DNA of 63,997 nt, filler included, from Octopus bimaculoides (Eukaryota): the NCBI RefSeq assembly GCF_001194135.2. It is 8 parts of 8 records of this genome, joined end to end, with 100 filler letters (N's around TTAATTAATTAA, not from the genome) between each part and the next. Parts side by side here need not be neighbours in the genome. Positions count along the whole stretch, not along the records: positions 1 to 17,448 come from NC_069005.1; 7 more parts are not named here. One strand, written 5' to 3'. Of the stretch, positions 1 through 14,075 are shown piece after piece. The position numbers were made by a program, and so were the translations under genes. How positions within the stretch are numbered: the first letter of the stretch is position 1; the number at the start of each line of letters is the position of its first letter. The notes below the pieces were generated by a model. The model searched no databases. It worked only from the letters and a program-made list of their open reading frames with translations, and was not told the origin of the DNA.

Positions 1-49
<49 letters not shown>

Positions 50-133
50 ATAGTCGAATGTTAGGGAATGTCAAAATTCAAACTTACAAGGATATTCAAT
101 TTAGTAATGCCAAATTGAATTTTATAATAAAAA

Positions 134-1392
134 ATATATTAATAATTTAGAGAAGAACCACCAAAAGGCAACTGAAACAATGAAGGAGATCAGACACCAT
201 CAATAAATTATTAACTAATAATAAAAATTAATAAATTCCCAAGATGAACGCAAAATTAAATGTAGGCATAAACTGAACTTTTTATATAACAAGTTTAGAT
301 AATGTATATACAAACCTTATTTTAAAATACCTGCTATAGCAATGACTTCGTAGAAGAGAATAAAGTTTAGTTAGATTGTGAAGGTTTTGAGAAAAATACG
401 TAGTTAGAATAAATAAATAAGCTACTTAGAAATGTATAGAGATGTATTTCTATTCCTCATAATATAATATGACTTACGTACTTTAGATGCTTTTTACAAT
501 TATTAGTTCTTATTACTTAGACTTCAATAATAATTAAAATTTTATTCTTCCACTAAATAGCATACTATAGATTAGTTTCCCGATTATTATACATATTTAG
601 TCATTTTATCCATTATAATACGTTCTTTTCTCTTCTCCTTATGACGCCATATTCTCAGGTGATTTATATATTTTAAATCCTATATAGTGATTTAATTTTT
701 GAGTTCACGGAGGGACGCTATATCGTCACGTGACACACGTCGTATAAATTCCATGCATTGAGGTTAATACTACAGTCAACAAGGAATCTTCAATAAGATA
801 AGTGATGCCTTTTGTATAATTAATATTATTAATACTGTTAAACGTTCTTATTCATTTATTAGTTAATAACACTATCTTTTTATGTTTTCCTATTCTTAAT
901 CTACAGAAAGCATTTCTTCATTAGAGGAATCAAGCCCTTTACTTGAATGATTACTACTATTAAACCTTGACATTTTATGTATTGTACTAATGATAGCATT
1001 CATACACGTACAAATATTTCTACTTTATTCCTATTTTATTTTATTTATATTATTTAAATAGCAGGATTCGTTATCTGAATTTATAAAGACCTGAAGAGTG
1101 ACTTCATTCTGAGTAGAATTTATCGATTTATTGTGAATTGTACAAATTTTTCTGCTGTTATGTGGCCACAAACGCGCGCAGTCTACATTTTACTTTCTTT
1201 TTTATAAATTTACTAAACTGAATTAAATTTTTAATTTAATATTTTATAGATTTTATGGATTATAAACCTTTCTTTAAGATTTTATAGATTTTTAAATTAG
1301 TAGTTTCTAGAGTACGTTTTTCTTGATGGTGTCTGATCTCCTTCATTGTTTGAGTTGCATTTTGGTGGTTCTTCTCTATATTATTAATATAT
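134..1392. repeat. 70-bp inverted repeat pair (134-203 / 1323-1392) in an unidentified AT-rich element
   Basis: 67/70 identity by manual alignment. Confidence 0.85.
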
Positions 1393-2749
1393 ATATGTAA
1401 CTATTTGGACTTTGGGTATATGTCTATTTTCATGTCGATTAAAGCATCACGGACCATTGAGAAATGCGTTTTGTATTCATAGGTGAGGAATTTGATTCGG
1501 GTGGTGTATAGTGGCCTATCGTGTGGAATTGATGGATTTCTAGGACTGCTTGCTTCCATAATCTATGAATACACCATCTGTTTTCTCATTTCTTCATTAG
1601 TCCGAAGATTCCCAGCCCGAGATGTGAACTATCCTATTTCTACTACACACACACCGATTATATATATATATATATATATATATNNNNNNNNNNNNNNNNN
1701 NNNNNNNNNNNNNNNNNNNNNNNNNNNNNNNNNNNNNNNNNNNNNNNNNNNNNNNNNNNNNNNNNNNNNNNNNNNNNNNNNNNNNNNNNNNNNNNNNNNN
1801 NNNTATATATACACCTATATATATATTATATATATGTATGCATGCATACACACACAGACATATATATATACTTATGTATATTGACCACGGCCTTGCTGGG
1901 GCACTGCTTTAAAATATTTTAGTTGAACCTATCGACCCCAGTACTTATTACTTCTTTTATAAAGCCTGGTACTTACTCTGTCGGTATCATTTGTCGAACC
2001 GCTATGTTACGGGGACGTAAACACACCAACACCAAAAAAAGAACCGAGTTATTTACGGTTGTTTTGCTATAAGAAGCATTTCAGTCGAAGTTGAGTGCTC
2101 TTGCGACATCTTATAGCTTGCTCGGAGCTATTTGAATGAAGTGCATGTTTATTGATAAATGTGTTTACAGAGGTAATTACATGCAGAACGCAGTGCAGTA
2201 CCCAACCCGAGTATTGAACCCACGACCACGGTAAGCTGTGGTTATATAAATCTACTTTTCAAACATTTTAGCAAAAAAAAAAAAAATCCCTGAAAACTAC
2301 GACCGAATTATATGTGTACCGAATGCAGACTTCTCTCACAGAACAGTAAGCAGGTGGGAAAGCCAGTCCCACACTTTACTACTGCACCAAGTACCCTAAC
2401 TCCAGCTGGCCACCGAAAGTATGTTTTATATTTACAACCAGTGTTTGATAAATTTATTTAAACATTTTTTTTCTTTCCTCTCACAGAAAAGATTGTTATA
2501 AAATAAAATAATAAAAAAATCAAGCAAAACACCAACATCTTTCTATAAATAAACAAACACTATTGCCATACGCTGTTTTTCAACATCTGATGTACGGTCA
2601 GGCTATCATCAATCAGAAAACCCAGTTAAACGCGGGTTGCCAGCCAGCCAGACGTACAGTCAGGCAGCTAAGCCAAGCAAACATCTATGATATGAGTGTC
2701 ATCTGTTCATTTTTATGATAGAGCAATAATTACTCGTGTACCACTTTAA

Positions 2750-2955
2750 ACATACATGCCAGACCTGTTCGGCGACCTCTTAGTAAAAGTTTACTGCAAC
2801 TGGCAACAGAATGGGAGAATTCCCAGTTTTGTGAGCCGAGGAGCGGTGGCGTTGCTGAGAAAAGACCTGAACAAGGGTGGTTGTATTGACAACTTTAGGC
2901 CCATAACTCTACTGAGTGCAGAGTTCAAAATTTTTGCCAAGGTGTTAGCTACGAG
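2750..2955 (+). mobile_element. Tx1/L1-clade LINE fragment (start of RT domain)
   Basis: DLLVKVYCNWQQNGRIPSFVSRGAVALLRKDLNKGGCIDNFRPITLLSAEFKIFAKVLATR carries the NFRPITLL..K..AKVLA.R motif of L1/Tx1 RT. Confidence 0.85.
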
Positions 2956-3263
2956 GGAAAAATCGATCGATCGATCAAACGATGGACAGAGCAATGGTTG
3001 GAGCGATGGATGAATTAATGGATGGATCAATAGATAGATGGAACGATGTATGTATGTATGTATGTATGTATGTATGTATGTATGTATGTATGTATGTATG
3101 TATGTATAATTCGTTCGTTGAGTGCACAGAACTTCAAATTTCCCTTGCATTCTCTTCTGTCAGCTAAAACGCTGGTGCTGAGAGTAATTATTTGAAATAC
3201 CAAGATACCTGCTTAAGGGACCTCCCAAGCCTATCTGTGTAGTTGCGTATGCCAGTATTTATC

Positions 3264-3297
<34 letters not shown>

Positions 3298-3923
3298 CGC
3301 ATGCGCGATCATCGTGAGAAAATAAATTGTTTCTCGTCCTGTAAAAATAGCTTATACGGAGTGATTTTCCATTTACAAATGGTGGAGAGAAAAATAGTCG
3401 TTAATTTGTTTTTAGCAGTAATTAATTTGTGAAATATATTTATAAAACGAATAATCTTTAACCTCCGCTAATTACCTCCAGTCTTTTGTCATTATTAAGT
3501 AGACTGTGTAGAATGTATTTCGCCTGCTGTAGTTNNNNNNNNNNNNNNNNNNNNNNNNNNNNNNNNNNNNNNNNNNNNNNNNNNNNNNNNNNNNNNNNNN
3601 NNNNNNNNNNNNNNNNNNNNNNNNNNNNNNNNNNNNNNNNNNNNNNNNNNNNNNNNNNNNNNNNNNNNNNNNNNNNNNNNNNNNNNNNNNNNNNNNNNNN
3701 NNNNNNNNNNNNNNNNNNNNNNNNNNNNNNNNNNNNNNNNNNNNNNNNNNNNNNNNNNNNNNNNNNNNNNNNNNNNNNNNNNNNNNNNNNNNNNNNNNNN
3801 NNNNNNNNNNNNNNNNNNNNNNNNNNNNNNNNNNNNNNNNNNNNNNNNNNNNNNNNNNNNNNNNNNNNNNNNNNNNNNNNNNNNNNNNNNNNNNNNNNNN
3901 NNNNNNNNNNNNNNNNNNNNNNN

Positions 3924-4310
3924 CTCTTTTACTTGTTTCAGTAATTTGACTGCGGCCATGCTTGAGCACCGCCTTTAGTCGAGAAAATCGACCCCAGGAC
4001 TTATTCTTTGTAAGCCTAGCACTTATTCTATCGGTCTCTTTTTGTCGAACCGCTAAGTTACGGGGACGTAAACACACCAGCATCGGTTGTCAAGCGATGG
4101 TGGGGGGACAAACACATACACACATATATATATATATATACATACATATATACGACGGGCTTCTTTCAGTTTCCGTCTACCAAATCCACAAACAAGGCTT
4201 TGGTCGGCCCGAGGCTATAGTAGAAGACACTTGCCCAAGGTGCCACGCAGTGGGACTGAACCCGGAACCATGTGGTTGGTAAGCAAGCTACTTACCACAC
4301 AGCCACTCCT
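3924..4310 (-). mobile_element. SINE family B, full length (tRNA head, partial CORE-like box, internal (TA)n, ..CTGAAACAAGTAAAAGAG tail)
   Basis: A box TGGCTGTGTGG, B box GGTTCAGTCCC, CACCTTGGGCAAGTG; near-identical copies throughout the window. Confidence 0.9.
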
Positions 4311-4377
4311 ATAGATATATGATATATGTATATGTGTATGTATGTATACATGTATGTGTGTATCAATGTATTTATGT

Positions 4378-4419
<42 letters not shown>

Positions 4420-4805
4420 AATGATAGAAAATGGAATGAGCGACATCTAGTTAAAACACTACAATTGCTTCGACACATTCTTACACCCGTTGTACATTGG
4501 TGTGATGTTGTGTAATCATTATCATCCATCTAAGTGTAAAATACGCCTCCTCAGGAGATTCTTTGAATAAGTCCTTCGCTAGAGCCCACAGTAATTTCAC
4601 CCAGTGTGAGAATGCATACCCATTTTCTACCATTTAACTATTCATGTAAACTCAGATAATACGGAACCTGGTGTGTATCCAGTAGGAAGAGCATTTCCTC
4701 TGCATGTTGGCAGAAGGTAGCCAATAACCGTGGACGAGCTTTGCATATCATTCTACAAAGATTTTACACGAATCTTATTTAACTATATTAGATGTATATA
4801 TGTGA

Positions 4806-5123
4806 AGGCGCGTGGCTTAGTGGTTAGGGTATTCGGCTCACGATTGTAAAGTCATGAGTTCGATCCCCGGCGACGCGTTGTATCCTTGAACAAGACAATT
4901 TATTTCACGTTGCTCAAGTCCACTCAGCAGGCGAAAATGAGTAGTACCTGTAATTCAAAGGGCCAGCCTTGTCAGATTCTGTGTCACGCTGAATCTCCCA
5001 GAGAACTACGTAAGTGTACACGTGTCTGGAGTGCTCAGCCACTTGCACATTAATTTCGAGAGGAGGCTGTTCCGTTGATCGGATCAACTGGAACCCGCGT
5101 CGTCGTAACCGACGGAGTGCCAG
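4806..5123 (+). mobile_element. SINE family C1: tRNA head + CORE-like domain + unique tail
   Basis: TGGCTTAGTGG A box, GAGTTCGATCCC B box, CCTTGAACAAGACA..GTCCACTCAGC..AAAATGAGTA; tail-only copies at 11171-11286 and 22450-22533. Confidence 0.85.
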
Positions 5124-5156
5124 TTATGTATGTATATATGTATGTATATATGTATA

Positions 5157-5192
<36 letters not shown>

Positions 5193-7023
5193 TGTATATA
5201 TANNNNNNNNNNNNNNNNNNNNNNNNNNNNNNNNNNNNNNNNNNNNNNNNNNNNNNNNNNNNNNNNNNNNNNNNNNNNNNNNNNNNNNNNNNNNNNNNNN
5301 NNNNNNNNNNNNNNNNNNNNNNNNNNNNNNNNTATATATACGAGAATAAGTAAAAAATTATACGCACTTTTGTTTCAGTGATTTATAAAACAAAAGCAGA
5401 GATTGAACAATTAAATCATCTTTCGACATATCTCTCCTTACTTTTCGATGCACTTCTTCCAGCGGTCCACAAGCTTGCTTATTTCATGAGAGAAGAAGGT
5501 TATTTATGTGAAGAGGAAAATAATTTGGTTTACTCGTCCGTTCTCACTTTGTGAGCATAACCAACAATCTATTTTGGCTTTTATTATACACCATTCCCGA
5601 GACATACAAAAATACGAGAAACTTTTAATGTCTATAATAGTATAGTTAGTTAGTCCTGCCTTGGACTTTATGCAATAGTTTCTGTATTTCTTAACAAGAA
5701 GACTTAACATATTAACAACCGTCATTGGCGGAATTCCCAATTAGATAGTTTTAATCTTTAGTTGATAATACTGCTTCGTATTATTCACTGATGTTTTACT
5801 TGAAATAACTAATTTCAGCAAGAAAAATTTCTCTTATCTGTTGCATTAAAGTTGTTTACCATTCAGCAACAGTTCGCTGCAGCAGTCTGCAATCGTTTAA
5901 GTATTGGCGTCATGTGACCTGAAGTGAGTAGTGGAAGTGAACTTTACGCACTGTCCAATGAGCAGTCAGCCTTCTTCAAAGTTTGGGGCTGTCTCACCAG
6001 TTAGCATTACGACATCTGAATAACCCAATATGTGTTTTTACATCTGTCAAGCTTTGGGTATTGTACATCAAAGCCATGAACTGATAATACAAGCACACAT
6101 ATATTCGTATGTATATATGTGTGTATAAGTGTATGTATGAACTATGTATATACGTATGTACATAAATGGGAGAGGGGCGCATGTGTTGCTACGAGTTTAT
6201 TTCGTATCCTCTTTTGAGTATATTTATATATTATGTATATATTTTTACTTTACAGTAATATGAAAATATTATTTTTCATTCGTCTTCACTCTTATTTTAC
6301 TACATTTAGTATTGTTTTCTTTTCGTGTTCTTCACGCGCGCGCGCACGTACACACACACACGCGCACACACACACACTCACACACACATACACACACACA
6401 CAGACAGACTCACTCACGCATTTACACTGATACATAGACACATATGCGTACACATTCACACACATGCACACACATCCAGATATATATATGCACACTACAA
6501 TAATAGCATATCCGCGTACATAGCATCATATACATACACATCAATGTATCAACACTCACACACAGACACACATACTAGCATATTCCCGTTCACACAAACG
6601 CATTATGGGATCTACACGTGCACATCACTAACACACCGATACATTAAAACCCTCTCACGCAGATACGGACGCGCGTGCGGTAAGTTCTATGACCCGGTGA
6701 CCCAGTAAATAAGATGTTTAGTAAGGGTACTCTATCTAGTCGGCATCTTCAAATGAAGGGCTTTAAAGTGGGTCAAAGGTCATAGCGTTTTATTCAGAGG
6801 AAGGGGGATGAGAAACCCTATGATGCTAACATTTCGTATTTGAAAGGGTTGGGGAGGATGTTCTATAATGAAAACACACACACACACACACACATACACA
6901 CATACGCATGCAATTACAAAGACAAACACTACACACGTTTACATCTACTAATGCAACTGTCATATATACATGCATACATACTCCCATATACACACAAGGA
7001 TGCACATACACACTAATACACTC

Positions 7024-7076
<53 letters not shown>

Positions 7077-7145
7077 TAAATATATACACATATACACACA
7101 CACATATATACATACATATATATATTCCTATATATACATATATAT

Positions 7146-7271
<126 letters not shown>

Positions 7272-8602
7272 ACACGCACTCGCAATGCATCCCGGCGTTG
7301 CCCGGTGTTACGACCTACAGCCACATTGTACTTTGTGTTCCTTTCTTATGGGCAGAATCAGCACAACTGATATATAGTGAACTGGATTACTGGCGCATTA
7401 GAAGTTATTGTTTGTTTAAAAGTGAAGATAGAGAGGGTACACATGGGTTTGCATGAAAGTGCTTTCTGTTCTTAAGAAGGATCACAAACTACGTATTGTT
7501 TCATCGTATAAAATGGGGTCAATACGATTTTGCCCAGAAATCACGTTTTCAAAATTCAAATTTCTCCCCGTTCCCACCGCAATTAATTTGTAACTATTTT
7601 CGATTTTTTTTTTTATCCACGTAGAAAAATACAGAGATTACGGATCTGGGAAATATATATAGTTTAAAGTTTAATTTTTATTAAACAAACACTCAATGCA
7701 CCTTCCTCCACCTCCTCTACCCAGCACTTGCCCGCTTTCAAAAAGCTAAAACCTCTCAATGTTTCACTTTCATCTGTACGCATGCATACAATTGTATTGA
7801 AATAGCAGACGTAAAAAATACTAGACCACCAGCACCAGAAAACCAACATGCTAGAAACAACAGGTAAACGACACTACTTATGAAGAAACTTCCTCGCTTT
7901 CCAAAATGCCAAAAGTGAGACATTGCGATTTTGTAGTTTTTTGAATGTGGTGAGGTAATGGCTGAATGTTTGGGAAGGAGATTTTAGTGTTTCGTTAAAG
8001 AAAAGGAAGAAAATTCCTAAAAATTCGTACTCTGGCTTTTTTTTTTTCCGTGGTTTATCAAGACAAAAATTTGGAAAGAAGTAAAAAATGAATAAAATTG
8101 GAATGGGAAGGAGAAAATTAAAATATTGAGACCATGTTTTTGTTAGCGAAATACTAATGGAAACATATATGGAAACATGTATCGAAAACATAGGAATCGG
8201 AAAAAATGTAGGGTTTGGGGCGCAAATGTTACCTCAGACATACTAGAAGCAACAGGTAAAGGACAAAATTTCTGGGAAAATTTAATTTTAAGTTTATATC
8301 ATCACAAACACGAATTGCAGAAAAGAAAAAATGTCATTTGAATTGGATTTCAGCTGTAATTTTGCGCGTGCATACAACAAGAAATAACATAATTCGTACA
8401 GAAGTTTTACCTTGAAATATATATATGTACGTATACATATATATATTCACACATAAATTAAAGAGATACTATTGACAATCCAGTAATTTGTTACTTTATA
8501 TATACACACACATATATAAATATATATATACATATACATATATACAAACATATATATACATATATACACAAATATATATACATATACATATATATATGCA
8601 TA

Positions 8603-9590
8603 TGACCAGCATGTTAGAAATTGATATTTTCCTCAATAATTGTGCTAGATCGTTATAAAACTGTCCTACAGTTTCATCAGAATGAGACATTATTGGTGCC
8701 TAAATACTGACAAAGGTAAGAAACCTACCTTTTGTCACTTTTATACGGCATGACATGGTTCGTTCAGATATACCACTTGGAGATTCTGTAATGGAGGATG
8801 CTAATGAATTCTTGAGAGCAAATCCAACACCAGATTCTCTACGCTGACCCTCAGGTAGGCCTCTCCAAAAGATAGTATATCCATAAGTAGGTTCATTTAC
8901 TTAACCCTCACCAAAGAGATGAGTTTCACAGAGCACAACTATATAAAGGGAATATTTCTTAAGCTCACATGCAATAAGTGCAGTATGCTTTTCTGGCCTC
9001 TTGTTGAAATTATCATCAAGAAGTGTGCGCACATTCCAACAGCCAAAATTCAGAGGATGTTTATTTTTACTTTTTCTTGAAGTTTGTTTGACCACAGTGG
9101 CAGGATAACGACCGGGCCCAGCCTGTGATACACTGAGACACCTGCCGAGCCAGACCCGTTCCTCTGACGTTCCCAAGCCTTTTTTTGCCATTTACTGAAC
9201 CTGAGACATTTTAGAATAAGTTACAAATGCATTTTCAGGTTTCTGCCAACCAATTCAATGATTTTACTAAGATTTGGTGTACAAGAAATACCTGTGCAGA
9301 TGAACAATTTTCAGTGGGTGTAACTTGCACTGCACTACCCCCCGTACCTATTGGCCCAAGAAGACTCTCGCCGGTGTGACATGAAAATTGACAAAACCAG
9401 GAACTTCCAAGGCCTCAGGTTTTATTTCGGAGATTTCCTTCTCCTAGGTAGATAACCAACCAGGGTTAAAGAGCTTCTACTTGCCCATAAGGTAAGCTAT
9501 CCCACTCCAGACACCAAACCGACACCCAAACACTTTATAAAGGGATCCAATATCACCCCAACGCGGAGTAGCTCATTCGTACATACAAAA
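8603..9590 (-). mobile_element. RTE-clade LINE, 5' UTR plus AP-endonuclease N-terminus, 3'-truncated
   Basis: LNFGCWNVRTLLD...TALIACELKKY...LCETHLFGEG*..GYTIFWRG...SGVGFALKN...SERTMSCR...SI*API; upstream CTAGGAGAAGGAAATCTCCGA resembles recalled RTE 5' UTRs; two in-frame stops. Confidence 0.88.
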
Positions 9591-10957
9591 AAAAAAAAAA
9601 CGTAAGACATGATTTAAAAATATAATTAAGATTTAAATGTAAATAATATATACATATATATTTATAAAAGTAAAAATATGCATATATATACATATAAGAA
9701 TATATTAAAAAAAAGTTTATACATATTTATACATATTTGTNNNNNNNNNNNNNNNNNNNNNNNNNNNNNNNNNNNNNNNNNNNNNNNNNNNNNNNNNNNN
9801 NNNNNNNNNNNNNNNNNNNNNNNNNNNNNNNNNNNNNNNNNNNNNNNNNNNNNNNNNNNNNNNNNNNNNNNNNNNNNNNNNNNNNNNNNNNNNNNNNNNN
9901 NNNNNNNNNNNNNNNNNNNNNNNNNNNNNNNNNNNNNNNNNNNNNNNNNNNNNNNNNNNNNNNNNNNNNNNNNNNNNNNNNNNNNNNNNNNNNNNNNNNN
10001 NNNNNNNNNNNNNNNNNNNNNNNNNNNNNNNNNNNNNNTATATATATATATATATATATATGATATTAGGTAGCCGGATGCTGTGAACGAGCTTTAAACG
10101 GCGTACTTCAAAGTATATACCCAAATATAAAATAGCATGTATGTGTGTATCACTTACCACAGCTTGATAACCTGTATTGGTATGTTTACGTCATCGTTCT
10201 ACAAAAAAAAAAGAAGGGCAGAATAAGTACCAAGCTTTAAGAAAAATGGCAAGTACTTGGGTTGATCCATTCGATAAAAGATTCCTCAAAGAGGTGCCCC
10301 AACATGGCCGCAGTCTAATGATTGAAACAAATAAAATAAAAAGAAAGAAAGAAGATACATATGCCGAAATATACGCATTCATACATGCACACGCGCACAG
10401 ACCTGTTAAACCCATCGTACATGCAGAACGTAGAGACGTACATTGACAACACCAAGAACCACAACAACAGCAACACGAACATCAAAAATAAAAGTAAAAA
10501 CAACGGTAACAGCGGTAAATTCCATTGTAACAACAATAACAACAGCAGTAAATTCAGTAGGAACAACAACAACAACAATTAAACAATAAGCGCGATAACG
10601 ATAGTAAAAACAAGTACAACTTTAGCAACACCATCAACGGGGTCCTTAATTGTAACTTAATCACTGAGAAGACACAGTCGGGTGTAGAAACGGGTGGAAG
10701 AGTGGAATGGTTAAGAGACTGGAGTGGTGGCCAGGTGCATGGTGGGATAGATTAAGTAAGTGTTGTAAGGGAACCTAAAGTGGATAGATATGAGGTGATG
10801 ATGTCGGGGGTGAGAAAGGAAAAAAGAACTTTGAAATTTTCGGTGAATGGGATGTGAGGGTGGTGTTGGTGGTGTGTATTAGAAGTAGAATGTGAATTAA
10901 GACAAAGGTAAGGTAGGGGTGTAATGTGTATATGTATGTGCGTGCGTGTGCATGCGC

Positions 10958-11009
<52 letters not shown>

Positions 11010-11294
11010 ATATATTATAAATTAGCTACCAACAAAAATAATTGGTAAGCTAACTGAAGATGTGTAAAGGAATTTTGATTTATTAAGTCTCTTAATGAAT
11101 TCTTTATACTGAAATATATATTGTTGCTAATACTATTGCTGTGGTTGTTGTTGTTATTGGTGGTGGTGGCGTTAAGGGTACACGTGTCTGTGGAGTGCTC
11201 AGCCACTTGCACGTTAATTTCACGAGCAGGCTGTTCCGATGATCGGATCAACTGGAACCCTCGACGTCGTAAGCGACGGAGTGCCAAAAACAAC

Positions 11295-11935
11295 AACTCC
11301 ACAAAGTGCATCGGTTGTCACATTTTACTGCTTTTCCTTCATCTCTATCCCTTCGTGCATCAAGTATTTGGTTGATATCTCTTGTTCCTGCAAACGCATA
11401 CCATTCAAAGTGGGAGGTAGTAATCCGGCTTTTGGTTCATGATAGACCGCTTTGATAATCAATATTACTATCATCTCGGAGCTTTCTGCTGACATATCCA
11501 AGCTAGTCTTCTGCTCAAATAGGCTCATCCTTTCATCTGATGATACGTTGCAGTAGAGTCGTGCGACTTCTTTGGGCATGTATTCTAGGTTATCAAACAA
11601 GGAATGTTGCCCAAGGAGCTGCCTTCCAAGTCTTATGATATTCTCAGCCTAATGTATACAAACTTGCTCAAGGGATTCACTTTGACACTTGGTGGTTAAA
11701 AGATGTTACCGAAGGGATATGATACGACATTCAAAGGCAGTTTGAATCGATGCTAAGCCTCTGCCACCTTGTTTTTGCTTTGGGTAGAGGCGCTCTACGT
11801 CACTGTTTATGTGGAAATTATGCTTGTTAGTATTTTTCTGGTTTTCACGTCAATGGCTCTGATCTCATCAAGCATCCAATTAAGCAGCCCAAGTGTTGGT
11901 ATGAGTACTGGCACTGCAAACAACGCCAGGACTAA
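11295..11935 (-). mobile_element. R4/Dong-type (RLE) LINE remnant, post-RT region to zinc knuckle
   Basis: FAVPVLIPTLGLLNW.LDEIRAIDVKTRKILT..HINSDVERLY...GGRGLASIQTAFECRIISLR...QEQEISTKYL...CDNRCTLC, with stops and frameshifts. Confidence 0.85.
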
Positions 11936-11954
11936 TACATGTGTGTATGTATGT

Positions 11955-12259
11955 GGAGGCGAAATGGCCCAGTGGTTAGGGCAGCGGACTCACGGTCGGA
12001 GGATCACGGTTTCGATTCCCAAACCGGGCGTTGTATGTGTTTATTGAGCGAAGACACCTAAAGCTCCACGAGGCTCCGGAAGGGGGTGGTGGCACTCTTG
12101 TTGTACTCTTTCGCCCCAACTTTCTCTCATTCTTTCTTCCTGTTTCTTGAGTAACGCTGCGATGGACTGGCGTCCCGTCCAGCTGGGGGGAAAACATACG
12201 CCATAGAAACCGGGAAACCGGGCCCATGAACCTAGGCTTTAAAAGTGCGTATAAAAAAA
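11955..12259 (+). mobile_element. SINE family C2: tRNA head, pyrimidine-rich middle, GATGGACTGGCGTCCCGTCCAG tail
   Basis: TGGCCCAGTGG / GGTTTCGATTCC boxes; tail shared with C3. Confidence 0.8.
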
Positions 12260-12602
12260 TGTATGTATGTATGTATGTATGTTCTAAATAATTGATACGG
12301 AAGGCAGAGTGTGCTGGAAACTTTATTTATCACAACGACCGTTTCGGCATAATTCTGCACTGCGCCCTAGTTGGTGGCGAACGATATAATGAATTCCAGT
12401 GTACTCCACAATGCAGAAATGCTTCAAGAGGTGACATAACAGGATTCCAAGTTACATAATTGACATTTAGCTCATAGGCACATGTGATCTGGTAGGCCCG
12501 GCGGCGATGGTGGTTGATCATCTCCCGCTCGCGATATAAACACGAGTGTTCATATGCTGATGCATATGTGAGAGGTTCTCTCATGATGGCTATTACAGTA
12601 TT

Positions 12603-12843
12603 CAGTGTTCTAACAAATCATTCATTCTTAAGTGGGGATAAATATTACCTTTTGGTAGAAATACTGCTTCTGTCGCTATTAATTAGCTTTAAAATATTTT
12701 AACATTTATTTTTACAATTTCTAATAATATTTAATTATAGAAATATAATAGGATATTTTAAAACATGGAATGGTAATGGAGGTCCAGTAGAGTAAAATAG
12801 AAATCACAGGAAGCCACAGGCGAAATAGGGTTGAGAAACACTG
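12603..12843 (+). mobile_element. hAT/Charlie-type MITE remnant
   Basis: Ends GGTTGAGAAACACTG; degenerate CAGTGTTCTAAC start; related GGGGTCCAC-containing copy reversed at about 54305-54400. Confidence 0.5.
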
Positions 12844-12894
12844 GTGCAGATAAACGGAAGGCTAGCTTGCAAGATGGACAGATAGTTAGATACA

Positions 12895-13230
<336 letters not shown>

Positions 13231-13464
13231 AAGTCAGCTACAGAAAGAGAGAAAAGAAACAGTGAGGGTGTACGAATGGGTAGATAGAGGGAAGGATGGA
13301 TGCAGGAATGGAGAGGTATATCAGCTGGGTGTTAGATGGGTATGTCAGAGTAACAGGGTTACTGAGTACGGAATATGTACTTGAAGGTGTTACTCCCCTT
13401 ACCGCTGTTGTTGTTATTAGTAGCGTTGTTGTTCTTGGCACCGGCGTTGTTTTTGTTGTTGTTG

Positions 13465-13911
13465 TTTAACCCCAAGTCAGCCCCTAACAGACCTACGATC
13501 AAACGCATTCCATTACATCTTATTTTTAGACATAGTGTACCCATGTACCCAAGAATACCTTATCCAATTTGTCCGTCTTTTCTCTTTCTTTTTTTTTAAG
13601 ATCACAGAGTGTATTTTATGAGAAAGTTTCGTTGCTATTTCTAGCAGGTTGTACGACACACGCGTTGACTTATTTGCTTACTCTCATTCTTTTACATGTT
13701 TCATTTATTTGACTGCGACCATGCTGGAGCACCGACTTAATGGTTTTTAGTCAAAGAAATCGACCCCAGGACTTATTCTTTGTCAGCCTAGTACTGATTC
13801 TATCGGCCTCTTATGCCGAACCGCTAGCTTACGGGGACGTAAACACACCAGCATCGGTTGTCAAGCGATGGTGGGGGGGGGGACAAACACAGACAGAAAA
13901 ATAAACGCGCG

Positions 13912-13953
<42 letters not shown>

Positions 13954-14037
13954 CGACGGACTTCTTTCAGTTTCACTTGCCCAAGGTGCCACGCAGTGTG
14001 ACTGGTGTATGTTTGTGTATATATATGCGTGTCTGTG

Positions 14038-14075
<38 letters not shown>

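Noticed and set aside
1088-1125. Hammerhead-like CTGAAGA-GTGACTTCATTC
   Set aside because: No GAAA after the hairpin and no stem I/III partner.
5504-5740. 78-aa minus-strand ORF / possible DNA transposon
   Set aside because: No recognisable motif; putative ends share only CAGTG.
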